Source: Calcarisporiella thermophila CBS 279.70 (taxonomy: Eukaryota > Fungi > Calcarisporiellomycota). From it: a stretch of 64,000 bases of DNA. Each line of letters opens with the position of its first letter. Positions within the stretch are counted from its first letter, which is position 1. A program made the translations under genes and the position numbers. Where the stretch lies: the NCBI RefSeq assembly GCF_041956535.1, contig NW_027192200.1, positions 329,477-393,476 of the forward strand, read 5' to 3'. This document shows positions 51,234 through 63,768 of the stretch, in pieces. Under the pieces are notes generated by a model. It did not search any database, was not told the DNA's origin, and saw nothing but the letters and a program-made list of their open reading frames with translations.

Positions 51234-51684
51234 CCAGGGTCATCCAACCGCGCGCAGGCCTTTTCTCTTTCTAGGATACCCTACTACTGGTTACCAGGCG
51301 CGCTTTCGTTTCTTTTGGCTTCGCTTTACTTCGCTGCTTCGTGTTGTTGTAATATTGTAATTCCTTTTTGCGTCCTTTTTCCTCTGCTTCTTCTTTATCT
51401 CCTATTTCTATTTCTATTTTTTTTTTTTCTAGACCTGTTTTTACCTATAGTTTATGCCTTCATTATTTATTGTTTCTCTTTTCCTTTTCCTCCTTTCTTC
51501 TTCCTATTGTTAGTTTAGCCTTTTTTTTTTTATCGGCCATCAAAAGCACCTTACACTTTATTATCTCTCGTTTCCTCTATACTATTTCACTTGACTATGT
51601 ATTTGTTTCTTTTTCTCTTTTTTTTTTGCCCCCACTATCGTGTATTTGAAATATAAACTATCGCCTATTATGCCTATCCTCCCA

Positions 51685-53181
51685 CTAAAAGTTGGTCATG
51701 ATACTCTTGACGTTGACATACTCGTGCAAACACTCGGGCCCCAAGTCCTTGCCGAAGCCGCTCTGCTTGTACCCGCCGAACGGCAGCCCCACGGGGGTGT
51801 AGTTGTAGCAGTTGACCCACACAGTGCCGGCCTGCAGCCGGGGCACGAGGTAGGCGGCCTGCGCCCGGTCGCGGGTGAAGACCCCCGCCCCCAGGCCGAA
51901 GGGGCTTGCGTTAGCGCGGTCGATCGCCTCGTCGAGCGTGTCGAAGGCCGGCAGCACGCTGAGCACAGGCCCGAACACCTCCTCTCGCGCCACCGTGCTC
52001 TCGTCCGACCGCACCCGGATCAGGGTGGGGTGGACGAAGTAGCCCTCGCGCGCCACCGGGCCGCCGCCCACCAGGATCTCGTCGCCCTCTGCGCGCGCCG
52101 TGTCGAGGAACCGCTGGACCCGCGCGAACTGCGCCTCGTCGATCAGCGGCCCGATCCGCAGCCCCTCTCGCCGCCGCTCCTCCTCGCTCTCCTCCTCCGG
52201 GCCCACCACCCGGATCCGCCGCATCTCGTCCTGCACCGCCGCCAGCACCCGGTCGAACGCCCCGCGCTGCACCAGCAGGCGCGTGCCTGCGCAGCAGTTC
52301 TGCCCCGTGTTCGTGAAGCAGGCGCCCACCACCTCCCGCGCGACCTCGACGGGGTCCGTCTCCTCCGTCACGATCATGGCGCTCTTGCCGCCGAGCTCCA
52401 GCGTCGGCCGCTTGAGGTTGGAGTCCGCGCTCGACCGCAGGATCGCCCGGCCGACCGCGGTGGAGCCCGTGAAGCTGATGCGGTCCACGTCGGGGTGCTC
52501 TGCCAGCGCGCGCCCCACGTCGGCGCCCCCCGGCAGCACGGAGAGGACGCCGGGCGGGAGCGGGTGGGGCGCGAGGGTGAAGAGGTGCGCCAGGTAGAGG
52601 GCGGTGAGTGGGGTTTGCGCCGCGGGCTTGAGGATGATGCAGTTGCCCGTGGCCAGGGCCGGGGCTACCTTCCACGCCGCGAGCGAGAGCGGGTAGTTGA
52701 AGCTGAGGATCTGCGCGCAAACGCCGGCCGGCTCCTTGACCGTGTAGCCGCGCTTGCCCCCCGACAGGCTCACCTCCGCGCCCTCGCTCGTCTGCTCCAG
52801 CCACCCGGCCTGCTCGGCAAAGTACTGGAAGCAGCCCGCCACGTACTCGACATCATCGCGGGCATCGCCCAGCGGCTTGCCGGCATTGTGCGCCTCCAGC
52901 TCGGCGAGCTCTGCGGCATGCTCGCGGATCTTGGCCGCGGCCTGCAGGAGAATGTCGCGGCGCTGCGCGGCGGTGGAGTGGAGCCCCCAGGTCGTGGCGA
53001 GGGCGGCGCGCGCGTGCTTCACCGATTCATCGACCAGGGCCGGGGTGGCATCGGTCACATGCGCCCACGGCTGCCCGGTGGCTGGGTGGATCAGGGGGCG
53101 AGGGGAGGAGGAGGGCTCGAGGAATTTATTCTGCAGAAAGGGAGTAGCAAATCGCACGATGGGGGTGCGCATCTTTTGCAT
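51685..53181 (-). CDS. Aldehyde dehydrogenase, intronless, very GC-rich
   Basis: FNYPL, WKVAPALATGN, KPAAQTP, ISFTGST, LELGGKS (catalytic Glu), GQNCCAG (catalytic Cys), EEVFGPV, PFGGYKQSGFG. Confidence 0.95.
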   Translation of the reverse strand: MQKMRTPIVRFATPFLQNKFLEPSSSPRPLIHPATGQPWAHVTDATPALVDESVKHARAALATTWGLHSTAAQRRDILLQAAAKIREHAAELAELEAHNAGKPLGDARDDVEYVAGCFQYFAEQAGWLEQTSEGAEVSLSGGKRGYTVKEPAGVCAQILSFNYPLSLAAWKVAPALATGNCIILKPAAQTPLTALYLAHLFTLAPHPLPPGVLSVLPGGADVGRALAEHPDVDRISFTGSTAVGRAILRSSADSNLKRPTLELGGKSAMIVTEETDPVEVAREVVGACFTNTGQNCCAGTRLLVQRGAFDRVLAAVQDEMRRIRVVGPEEESEEERRREGLRIGPLIDEAQFARVQRFLDTARAEGDEILVGGGPVAREGYFVHPTLIRVRSDESTVAREEVFGPVLSVLPAFDTLDEAIDRANASPFGLGAGVFTRDRAQAAYLVPRLQAGTVWVNCYNYTPVGLPFGGYKQSGFGKDLGPECLHEYVNVKSIMTNF

Positions 53182-53532
53182 TTTGGTTCAATGACTAGCC
53201 AGGGGAGAGGAATGGAGACGGAAAAGCGAGACTTGTGGGTGGGAAACGCGAGGAACGCGGGCTCTTTTTTCGCTATTTTGCCTTCTACTCTTTTCCAACT
53301 TTAAGAGAAACCAATTTTTGGCTTTGGCTTGCATGACAGTGGACATTAAGCAATTTAAGCGAAATCCTAAAGCGAGAGAGGGCACCCGATCACGCCCAAC
53401 TTAATTCCTTCGTTTTTTTTTTCTCACCCCACACTTTTATCTTCCTCTTTTTCTAGGGGCTTTCCTCTCCCTCTCTCCCCCCCCCCCCTTCCCCTTCTCC
53501 CTCTCTTCCTTCCCCCTCCCCCTTCTCCTACG

Positions 53533-54480
53533 ATGGAGACTACTCTACGTGCAACCAACTGCATTGACTACCTCTCCCATGACAATGGCTGGAGCCCGAG
53601 CTCCATCCACCGGTGCTATCTCGGGGTCTCTCGTGCTCTGCGCTCCCCTCTCCCTCCCTCCGAATACTCCCACTATACCCGCCTCCACAATGCGATTTGG
53701 CGGAGGTATGCGCGCCTCTTCCCCGCGCTCGGCGGCCACAACCGGCTAATCAACCCAAGGTATATAAACTGGCAGAAGGACCACGACGTCACCTGGCTTT
53801 TGGGTCCCTTCTACGAGACGCTCTCCCGCGACGAGGGTGAGAGGAGCAGGCCCGGCCCCTCCGCGTCCATCTCCGTCCCCCCCACGGAGCCGTCGGCAAA
53901 GGAGGAGGTCCGGAGGTCGGTGTGTAAGACGGTGCGTGACCAAGAGACAAAGCGACTGAGGCAAGCTTCGGAGCGCTTAGGGCACCTGCTCTTTCCTGGC
54001 GAGCCGCGCAAGCTGCGATTCAGCAGCGAGGTTGCCTGTATTTCGTATGCCCCGACCTCTCCGACTCGCGAAGTCTCCATTCTTTTGGGGCGCGATGTGG
54101 CGGCCGTGGCGAATGGCCAAGGGGACTCGAGGAAATCCAGAGAGAAGCTAACGATCGACAAAAGAGCAGTAGAAGAGATAGTGGTGGTGGAAGAGGGAGA
54201 AGAAGAAGAAGAAGAAGAAGAAGAAAACAAAGAGGAGGAGGAGGAGGATCGTGAAACAGAGGAGAGTTGGAGTAGCGACGAGGAGAGTGATGACGGCGAA
54301 TGGCGCCATGTAAACGTGGTGCGGCGGGTACGACGGCGGAAGCAGTGGTACAAAGTGGAGCGCGAGGAGATGGGCGTGGGGGAGCAATGGGACCGCGTGC
54401 GGGATTCGCGTGGCATTGTGCGCAATATAGGCGAGGTCTTGATGTGGTGCGGGACCGTACTGTATTACACCATGCTTTAA
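53533..54480 (+). CDS. DUF1752 / Reg1-like protein, putative PP1-interacting
   Basis: IDYLSH, RLHNAIWRRY, INWQKDHDVTWLLGPFY (Reg1/DUF1752 N-terminal motifs); KLRFSSEV RVxF-like motif; acidic GAA-repeat tract. Confidence 0.75.
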   Translation: METTLRATNCIDYLSHDNGWSPSSIHRCYLGVSRALRSPLPPSEYSHYTRLHNAIWRRYARLFPALGGHNRLINPRYINWQKDHDVTWLLGPFYETLSRDEGERSRPGPSASISVPPTEPSAKEEVRRSVCKTVRDQETKRLRQASERLGHLLFPGEPRKLRFSSEVACISYAPTSPTREVSILLGRDVAAVANGQGDSRKSREKLTIDKRAVEEIVVVEEGEEEEEEEEENKEEEEEDRETEESWSSDEESDDGEWRHVNVVRRVRRRKQWYKVEREEMGVGEQWDRVRDSRGIVRNIGEVLMWCGTVLYYTML

Positions 54481-55520
54481 TAATAGCGTATCGTATTATA
54501 CATAATAACATTTTCCCTTTTTCTATTCTTGACTGATTCCATTTGTTTTTTTTGGAGACCCCCTTCCCCTCTGTCTCTTCCACCCTATCTACCCAATGTA
54601 AAATATTTAGATTATTCTGAGAATATTCTTTGATTTGTTGTTATTGTTGTATGTAATCTACTCTATATTCTTGTTTCATGTCAGACTGTTTTCAGGACCC
54701 TCCTCATTTCATGTAGTTTTAGTATTCGGTCCTAGAGCAAATAAATCCAATCCAAGTACGCTGTTGCGTGTTCCCCCTTGCCCTTGCAATTTTGAATTTG
54801 AACCGCAAATCGACCACGGCAGAGGGCACTTTGCGGGTTCTAAGTAAAGCGTGGCGCGTTACAAGCGCTCTAAACTAGACGATTCAGTAGGCATTCTGGG
54901 GATGTGGAACATGCGGTTTCCATCCACGGCCAAGTTCCTGGTACACGGCGCGTTTATCACGACCTTCTCTTGCAGGGCGCACTGGCCTCAAACTTTCGGT
55001 TTGAGTTCGTGCACAGTTTTTCGAACTTAGAAGAGTATGTCTATCCAGAACCACTTTTGCCAACAGAGTGTCAGGCGAAGATTCCTGATCCAGCTGTGAC
55101 TCTGGGATGAGCGATATCGCAGGAGGTGCTAAGCTTAACCCTCTCCATCCATGGTTAGAAAAAGACTCGGGATGAATGTATTAAGTATAATGGGGTAAAT
55201 AGTGTATCAAGGAAAAAGAAACATCCGATATCGCCAGGTAAGATGGCTATGGTATTGAACCAAACGGCGCGCTTGGCTTGAGGCCTGGGTACGATGCTCG
55301 CTCCAACGACATATACCGCTCAGGCATTCAAAACCCGCGCCCTCGTTTGCCATACCACACCATCTACAGCGAGATTCAATTGAATGCCAAAAAAAAAAAA
55401 CCACCCTCCTCAACCTATGACCATTAAGTTATCCAAACATTCACTGCAAGGGAATAGATACAAACAACTAGGCACAACAAAGAGACTACTCTATAAATAG
55501 CACGGGGATCCTATACTCTA

Positions 55521-56888
55521 TTACATGATAATCATGGGCTCCGTGATATTCGCGGAGATCGACTTATGGGGCAAGATGTAGCCCCCGTTTATATACACCT
55601 CGTCCTGCACGGCCACGTCGTCGCCGAGGACTGAAACGCCTTCGAGGCGAACCTATGCAAAGGAGGAAGAGAGGGGAGTGAGTGGACTCTTCGGCTCCCT
55701 CTTTACGCCCATACATACCCAGCGTCCCACGGTGGAATTCCACCCGACGATGGAAGACTTCACCCATGCAAAATCCTTGACTCTTACCCCCCGCATCAGG
55801 ACACACCGTTGCAGCCGCACCCCATCGCCGATAACGCACCCCGGTCCAATCACCACATTAGGCCCAATCTTGCAGTTCTTGCCGATGACCGCGGTGGGGT
55901 CGATGAGCACGTTGCCCACAAGGGCGGGCGAGGAGGAGAGGGTCTGCGGGGCGCACTTCGACAGGTGCGAGAGGTAGAGGCAAGTACCGGTGATGAAATC
56001 CTTCGGCTGGCCCACGTCCATCCAGAAGCCCTCGAGGTCAAAGGTATGCAGCTGGCCCTCCTTGGCCATGGACGGGAACACCTCTTTCTCGATGGAGGTG
56101 GGTTTTGGCTAGCGTGGGGAACGAGGGGGATGGATTAGTTTAGATTAGTCCGGCCCATTGAGTGCTACGTGAGACAGCTCGAGATGGAGCCAAAGTTACC
56201 TCAATCCTATCGAGGATGCTCGGCCGGAAGATGTAGATTCCAGCGTTAATTTTATTGCTAATGAACTCCTGCGGCTTCTCAACGAACCGCTCAATCAGGC
56301 TCGAGCCCGCCCTGTTCACGATGACGCCGTACTTGCTCGGCTCCTCCACCTTTGTCACCACGATCGTGCCCTCCCCGCCATGGCCGGCGTGAAATTCACG
56401 CAGTCTCTCAAACGGAAAGTCGCAGATAATGTCCGAGTTGAGCACGAAGAAGGGGGTGTCGTCCTTGGCAAGGATGTCGCGGGCAAGTGCGAGGGGCCCC
56501 GCTGATCAAATGCTATCCATTAGCACTCTATACCAGATGTCGGATGAAATGCATTAGCATACGCACCCGTTCCCAGGGGCTCCGTCTCCACCGAGAATGT
56601 GATGGTGATGTTGTACTCTTGCTCGTATTTCTTCAGCACCGAAACCATGATTTCAGGCCGGTAATTCACAGCCAGGACTATGTCTTTGACCCCGATTTTG
56701 ACGAGGCCTTCAATCTGATGAAGAATCATCGGCTACAGCAGAATCGGATCAGCTATGGTAGAAAGCGGATGAAGCGGGGCACAGGAGGCGCTTACCTTGT
56801 TGCAGAACTCCACCAGGGGCTTCGGGTAGGTGAGAGTGAGCGGGCGGAGGCGGGTCCCGAATCCGCCGACTAGAATGAGAGCCTTCAT
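55521..56888 (-). CDS. PSA1: Mannose-1-phosphate guanylyltransferase (GDP-mannose pyrophosphorylase), multi-exon
   Basis: [68 protein letters not shown], hexapeptide repeats, ILPHKSI. Confidence 0.97.
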
Positions 56889-58519
56889 GATGCGCAGGGG
56901 ATGGGGAGGATGAGCAAGAGGAAAAGGAAGTGAGAAAGCATAATCTTTTTTTAATATTCGTTGGGAGCACGCGTAGGGGGTGATTGGCCGGCATCAAATT
57001 AAAGTTTCCAGGGGGGGTATCGATCAATGGCGGGTCGGAATGTGGCATGGATGCCTGACTACGTCAAGGCTTTCAAGCCTATCTGCAATGCCTTCTAGGA
57101 GCATTCTTCTCCCCGTGCCTAGCCTTTCCGGGCAAATGGCAAGGGGCACGCGACCCTCTATTGGATGCAGCCGCTGGCGGATCCTACTCATATCCGGATA
57201 GCTCGTGAGCCACCTGCTTGCAAAGAAAACAAAGGGCCGGCCATGCGGTCCTTAGAAGTGGCAAGACCTCACCCATAGAACACAGCCAAGGCATGGCTCA
57301 GGAGCGCCGCTCGCTACTCCCCTTGGGCGATCCGTGGACACGCTCCGGCCGTAGGAGAGTGGGAGACAGTTCCTTTGGCGCTAAACCATATAAGAGCCGC
57401 AATTAACTACCGTATCGTCAGCAGCAAAGCACACGAACTTGGAGTTTTCCCGTGGCTCGCGTCGGATGATCTGGATACGTCATGCATTCAGAGGGCATTA
57501 AGAAGCTCCTAAGGAATCGGGGGCCAAGCGTATGTTCTCGTCCCACCATGGCCAAGAGTGGGGCCGGCTGAAGCCTGGTGCCCGTGGTGCTTGGTCAGAA
57601 CGATGCTTGATAAGCGGATTGGGCTAGGCGCCGTTCAGTTTAGCCCAAGAGAGCCAGCGCGGGTCAATGTAGCAAGCGCCCTAGCCATGGCGGGTTGAAC
57701 TTGATGCTTGTGTTCCCTCCGAGATCCAGGCCATCTTCGGAGCTGTTTGGATTCCCTGCCGATCGCTCCAGCGCGCATCCGCGCTGCCTTGTTTGGTCTG
57801 GCCGACTCACCGTGTCCAGAGGGGCTGTGGCCAGGGCCGGCGTATCATAAGCCTGTGCAAGAGGGCGGATATTGGTCCTACTCGAGATCGTCCGTCGGGC
57901 TGTTCTTGGGAGGATGGTTCCTTGGCCTCAGCCCGTTGTACTTTTCGAGTTTAGTCTCAATTAAGCGGAGGGCCAACAGGGTGATGAAGAGCTTATTTGG
58001 GCCCGCCACGCTAGGATATCAAGCGATATATTAATTCAGCTCTTCGGGTGCTCTAGCCCATACTCGAGCCAAGTAGGCTTGGCTCGGCCTGTCACCAAGA
58101 AACGGGAGAGCTGCCGTTCCCATAAAGCGGATCGATTTTCTCGATCGATGCTCTCTCTTAGTGCGCCTATCAGGCTGCCCCTTGGGAGGGGTCCGGCTAG
58201 AGTAGCCGCTAGGAGCAGGCAGCCGTCACCGTCCAAAGAAGCATCTTCGGCCCCGCATAGACAACCTTTTCATGGAGGAAACGGGCCATAGCTTGTGTGG
58301 AGGAACACGGATCAAATACCTGTTTTGCACCTATGCTGGGAACTTTCAAAAAGCATCACATTATACATAACAATAAAAGTATAACTATTAGACAGCGAGA
58401 TTATATCAAAACATTATAACAAGTAAAGAAGAGTGAAGAACACGAAAAACATTTCACATTATTAAAGCAGGGAAGAAAAAGAAAATAAATTCCAAATTAC
58501 CACGGTCCTCCTCCCCCCT

Positions 58520-61500
58520 CTACTGCTGAGATTTTGAAGAGTCGCTCTTCCCCCCCTCCACCTCCATCTCCCCGTCCTCATGCTCCGATTCTTCTATGTT
58601 TTTCGCCGGCGCTGTATCTTTCATCGAAACCGCCTCTCCATTCTCCTCGCCCGTCGGTTGCTCCATTATTTTCTCCTTTAGGTCCTCCTCGTCCTCGCTC
58701 ATCGGCTGCAGCTGCGGAGATCGCGACTCTCCCTCGGCTTTTTGGGTGGCCGTCGTGGCCGGCTCCGCCTTCTCTTCCGTTTTCGGCAGTCCTTTCCCCG
58801 CTTCATCGGCAGGAGTCATGCCTCGTGAGGATGGGGGCGATTCGATCGATGGGCGCGACCGCTTGTTGTTGCCTTCTCTCCCTTCGCTCTCCCCCTCCTC
58901 TTTCCCGTCGGGTTCTTCCGCGCTCAATGAGCGCTTTCTCCCTACCTCCGCGGTTTCGGTGGGGACGCTCTCCTCAGGCTTCGACTCAGCGGCGGAAGGG
59001 ATAGCCTCATTCATCTTCTCCTTCTCCTCCTCCGCTCTCTCCTTTTCTTCCTCTTCGATATCGTAGTCTTCGTCCACAACTCGAGTGGCAGATACTGCGG
59101 CCGCCGGAGGAGGCGTGGCCGCCTTCGTCTCGGCCTCCGCGCCCTCAGGTTTCTCTTCGGCCCTGGGGGGCTCGCTTCTTCTCTCCGGCTCCTGGTCTCG
59201 CTCCGCCACGATGGGGGCGGCTTTGGGTGTGACGGAGGGGGATTTGGCCGTGTCGCCAGGTCTCGCAGGCTCTTCTTCCGACGCCTCCTCCTGTGGCATC
59301 GCATCACGGGCGCGATCGAGCTCAGGCACTTCCTCAGGCCGCTGGGCAGATGCGGGTTGCTCAGCATCGAGGGCGGAGGTAGGCGCAGGCAACGTGGGAC
59401 GATGTTCCGCCGGGGGGGGTTCATCCGACAGTGAGGGCCGTTCTCGCTTGATCGGTGGCGCATCAGTGGGATACGGCTCCTCGGCTCTCGGCGGTTCAAC
59501 CGGGGGCAGGGGCCGGAGTTCCTTGGTCGCTGCTGGGTGCGCCTGTGGGGATGGCTCGAGCTCAGGCGCAGCTGGTTCTGCTTGTTCAGCCCCGGTCGCA
59601 CCCCGCGCAGGGGCTTTCATGAGGGGTGAGCCGCCCCGGGAAGATGCCCGTTGCTGCTGGCCTCGAGATGGAGACGGGGGGGTCACCGTTTTTTTGCTTG
59701 GCGCATCTTGAGCCAGGAGCCCGTCCGGACGCGGGGCCTTTGAATAGGGTGGCCTGGCATTGACTGGAGCTTGAACCGCTTGCTCGATCGGGCGGAGGGT
59801 CTGTGGTTCCTGGGAGAGGTGCGGGGCTGCTCTCCCGTATTCCGCCAGTTTGACATCCTCCCGCGGTGGCCCCTGGTAGGGTGGCGGCGGCGGTAGCGAG
59901 GGAGCATCGTGTGCGTAGGGTCCTCTACTGGGCCGTGGAAGGGGAGATCCCGTCGGACGCATGGCATTCGGCGGTGCATGAGCTGAAGCGGCGTTATGTG
60001 CGAGATTGTTAGCAGCAGGGGCAGGTGGCTCGTAGGGTTGGGACTGCGGGGTGGGATAGCCAGCGGGTGCGTGGGAGGGAGGAGCATGAGAGGGTGGGGG
60101 CGGAGGTGCTGGCGGAGGAGGTCCAGGCATCTGGTGAGGCGGGCCTTGCGCGGGCGGAGGTTGATTGAAGTGGTGGGAGGCCCCATTGGCCATCGCATTC
60201 GCATTTTGATGGTACGCTTGCAGATTGACATCCTGCGGCATTGGCGCAGCCGTCGCAGGTTGCCTAAGGATGGAAAGCGCGTTAGCCCATGGTGAGATAG
60301 AGGCGGGGATTTCCCAGCAGATCTAACTTACCCTCCTTGCTGCAATGCTTGTTTTATCAGGGTGAGACGCTGCTTGATGTGGGGATTCGAAGGGTCGAGC
60401 TCATAAGCTCGCTGATAGGCATCCAAGGCATCCTGGAGCTGATTGTTGCAGGATTCGTAGAGTGTGCCCAGGTCATACCATACCTCACTGATCATCGGGT
60501 TGATGCGGATCGCCCGACTATAGGCATCGAGAGCATCTTGATACTAGAGTTGGGATAGAAAAAGAGTGCACGGGTTACATGGGTGGAAATGAGAGCAGAG
60601 CAAATAAAGAGCAACCAACCTGGTTGATCTGGTAGTAGAGAACTCCAATGGAGCACCAGAAAGTCGGGTTGCGCCCATCTCGGTAAACCGCCTGTTGGTA
60701 GGCCTCGTATGCCTTACTGTAGTTTTGCTGCGCCATGTAGCAGCGCCCAAGGAGATACCACGACTGGGGATCATCTCCGTCTGAAAGAAAAATTGGATAT
60801 GGTTTCCTTTAGTAAGCCAAGCATCACACATACAAAAGGGAAAAAAAAGAGGATAGGAAAGAAGCTCCTCACCAATTTTCAGAGATCGAACTAAGTAATT
60901 AACAGCCATTTCTTGGTTGGCAAAAGCAGCGCCAGGCTGGTCATAGAGCCAACCTAATTGCTGAAGGGCTTTGGCATGGTCCGGGTTCTCCTGTAGCACG
61001 CGTTCGTATGCCTCTTTTGCAAGCGTGTACTATCCAAGTAAGGTAATAGGGAAGTTAAGGAATGAGCACCCTTGAGGGGCTTCGAACGATGAGAAAATGT
61101 TCTGTAGAGTACCTCTTTTTGTTGCTCGTACACGTGCCCAATTTGGAACCATACGTCTATTTCAGTAAGCGGTCGAGGGGGAGAGTTCAAAATATAGCGG
61201 AAGCACTATAGCAACGGAGAACAGCGGAAAAATGAGCATATGAGGATAGCGATCTGCACGACAATAATATCGAGTTCTACCTGTAAGCTCAAGTCGTATT
61301 TCTGTTGTTGCTTGTAGATAATTCCTAGGCGGAAATAGATTTCATTTGCCTTCTCGAACTTGGGCTCCATGCGCATAACCGCGGTGAACGCCTCTTCCGC
61401 ATGCTCAAGTGAACCATAGCGGTCATAGAGAATTCCGATGCCATACCAGAGTTTAGGATCCTATTGATGAGGCACGGGCCCAGTCCTGGGTAAGTAGGTG

Positions 61501-62190
61501 TCGGAGCGGATATGTAGTCCCATACATACCTTTGCATCAGGTAAATGGTATAGCGCCTGCTGATAGGCATGGTACGCTTGCTGTAAATCGTCAATCATAA
61601 GGTAGCAGTGGCCTGATAAAAATAGGATAAAAGGAACGGGACATCCCGATTCGTGTCAATTACATCGCATTATTATATAGAGTGAAACATACGACTCACC
61701 AAGTGCTCCCCATATATCTCCATTGTTCTCCTGGATCCGAAGAATGCGCTGAAAATACTCTATCGCCTACCGGAATTCCAACAAACTGTAAATGCTACTG
61801 TCCATAGGGAACAAAGAAAATTCGGGCAGAGCCTACCTTCGGGAACATCTCACGCCCTCTACATAGCGCAGCTGCATGCTGTAGTGCAGCTATTGAGTAT
61901 GGATTGTGGGAAAGGGCGGCTTCATAGCAGCTAACGGCGCGATCGTATTCCATCATGATCTCCGCGACGATTCCTTAACACGTGAAAACCCATTTTCTCA
62001 CATTAACCAAGACAAAATAAGAATTGTTTATTTTTTTTTGGCGAATTTTACCCATTTGCATCCAAGCTTGCTCGTTCGCCTGGGCTAATTTCTGTAGATT
62101 ATTCATTGGAACTTGCGCATTGGACAACGATGGTGGAGGAGGGGCATTAGTGGACAGAGCCGCAGGGGGTGGATGGCCTGTTGCGGTCAT
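58520..62190 (-). CDS. CYC8: General transcriptional corepressor Cyc8/Ssn6 (TPR repeats plus disordered tail), multi-exon
   Basis: LAQANEQAWMQMG, HCYLMIDDLQQAYHAYQQALYHL, PKLWYGIGILYDRYGS, EIYFRLGIIYKQ, DVWFQIGHVYE, SWYLLGRCYM, NPTFWCSIGVLYYQINQ, EVWYDLGTLYESCNNQ. Confidence 0.95.
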
Positions 62191-62415
62191 TATAACGAAC
62201 GAAGTATTCTTTTTATTTTAATAATTTAAATCTCAAATGTCAAACTTTTGCGTTGAAAAAAAAAAATCCCTCCGTGGACACACGGGTCACCGACTCTCCG
62301 CTTTTTTTTCTTCAACACAAAAAGTGATGACGTCACTAAAATTTTCATAACCCCCCTTGTTCTAGATAATAAACAGAGCTTCATCGTGCGTAGATTGGAG
62401 AGCAGAAACACAACC

Positions 62416-63312
62416 ATGTTCACACTCTCGCGATCCCTCCTAAAGCAATCGCCCGCACTTACGCGGGGCTTGCGAACCACCACACCCGCGCTCTCCGAGA
62501 AACTCTTTGTCGTAATTATTCTATACGGATGGATTCTGCGCACGATTTCGGCCTTTCTAATGCTCATCTCATCGCTCTTCTTTTTTGTTAGCATCGCAAT
62601 ACCCCCGAGAACAATCCCAGTCAAACCTTCGAATTCACCCCCGAGAATCACAAACGCGCTCAAGAAATCCTTAAGAAGTACCCCCCTCAATACAAAAAGG
62701 CGGCCATGATTCCATTGCTCGACCTTGCACAGAGACAACATGGATGGACATCTCTGGCCGTGATGAACGCGGTGGCTAAATACCTCGAGGTTCCTCCGAT
62801 GCGCGTTTATGAAGTGGCCACTTTCTACACCATGTTCAACCGAGAGCCTGTAGGGAAATACTTCCTGCAGCTCTGCACCACGACACCTTGTCAGCTTGGA
62901 GGTTGCGGAAGTACCAAGATCTTGGACACCATCCAGAAGGAGCTTGGCATCAAGGTTGGGGAGACCACGACCGATGGAAAGTTCACCCTTGTGGAGGTGG
63001 AGTGTGCAGGCGCCTGCGTCAATGCACCCGTTCTAGCCGTGAATGACGACTACTATGTAATTCGGACTCTTATTATTTCTTTTCTTCCATGGATGGGCTA
63101 ACATTGATTTACTTTTTCCCCAATCTCTTCTACTTCCTTAGGAGGATCTTACCCCTGAAACCACAGTTAAGCTGATCAATGCCCTTAAAAAGGGAGAGAA
63201 GCTCCCGCCCGGCCCCTTGAACGGCCGTCATTCATGCGAGCCCGAGGGCGGTCGCACGACCCTTCTTGGAGAGCCATACGGCCCTGGTTTCCGAGTTCGG
63301 CCCGATCTTTAG
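62416..63312 (+). CDS. NDUFV2: NADH:ubiquinone oxidoreductase 24-kDa subunit, 3 exons
   Basis: [90 protein letters not shown]. Confidence 0.96.
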
Positions 63313-63768
63313 AGGGTTGCTAATGTACTGAAGTTTTCATTATTTTTTTTTCACGTTTTATTTTACTCTACAAAATAGATTCGACAAAATACATTAAAAC
63401 AGTGGGATAATACTTGTCAAATGTATTTGAATTGATTAATAATCTAAAGAAAATGGCTAACATTTCCTGCCTAGAACAATAGCAAAAACAGACAGTGGAA
63501 AATCTTGAGTGAGAAATTAAAAAGAGAAAGAGAGAAAAGAAATAAAATGAAAGAAATCATACTAAACAGTCATATGAGAAGGGAAAAAAAAAGAATACCG
63601 GAAAAAGAGAAACCAAAAAATAAAAATGCAAGTCAAAAGGTTCAAATAAATAATATAATATAATATAATAAAAAGGGGAGGGAGGAGAGAGGGAGAAAGG
63701 GGTCAATCTAAATGCTTCCCATAAACCTTGAAACTATTAAACATACTGGAAAAAAAAATCTATTGTAC

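Noticed and set aside
51640-53304. 554-aa plus-strand ORF
   Set aside because: Antisense shadow of the GC-rich ALDH; stop-poor because of codon bias
45500-60300. Bacterial contamination or HGT island based on high GC
   Set aside because: Contains spliceosomal introns and fungal-specific genes (MUB1, CYC8, DUF1752, PSA1)
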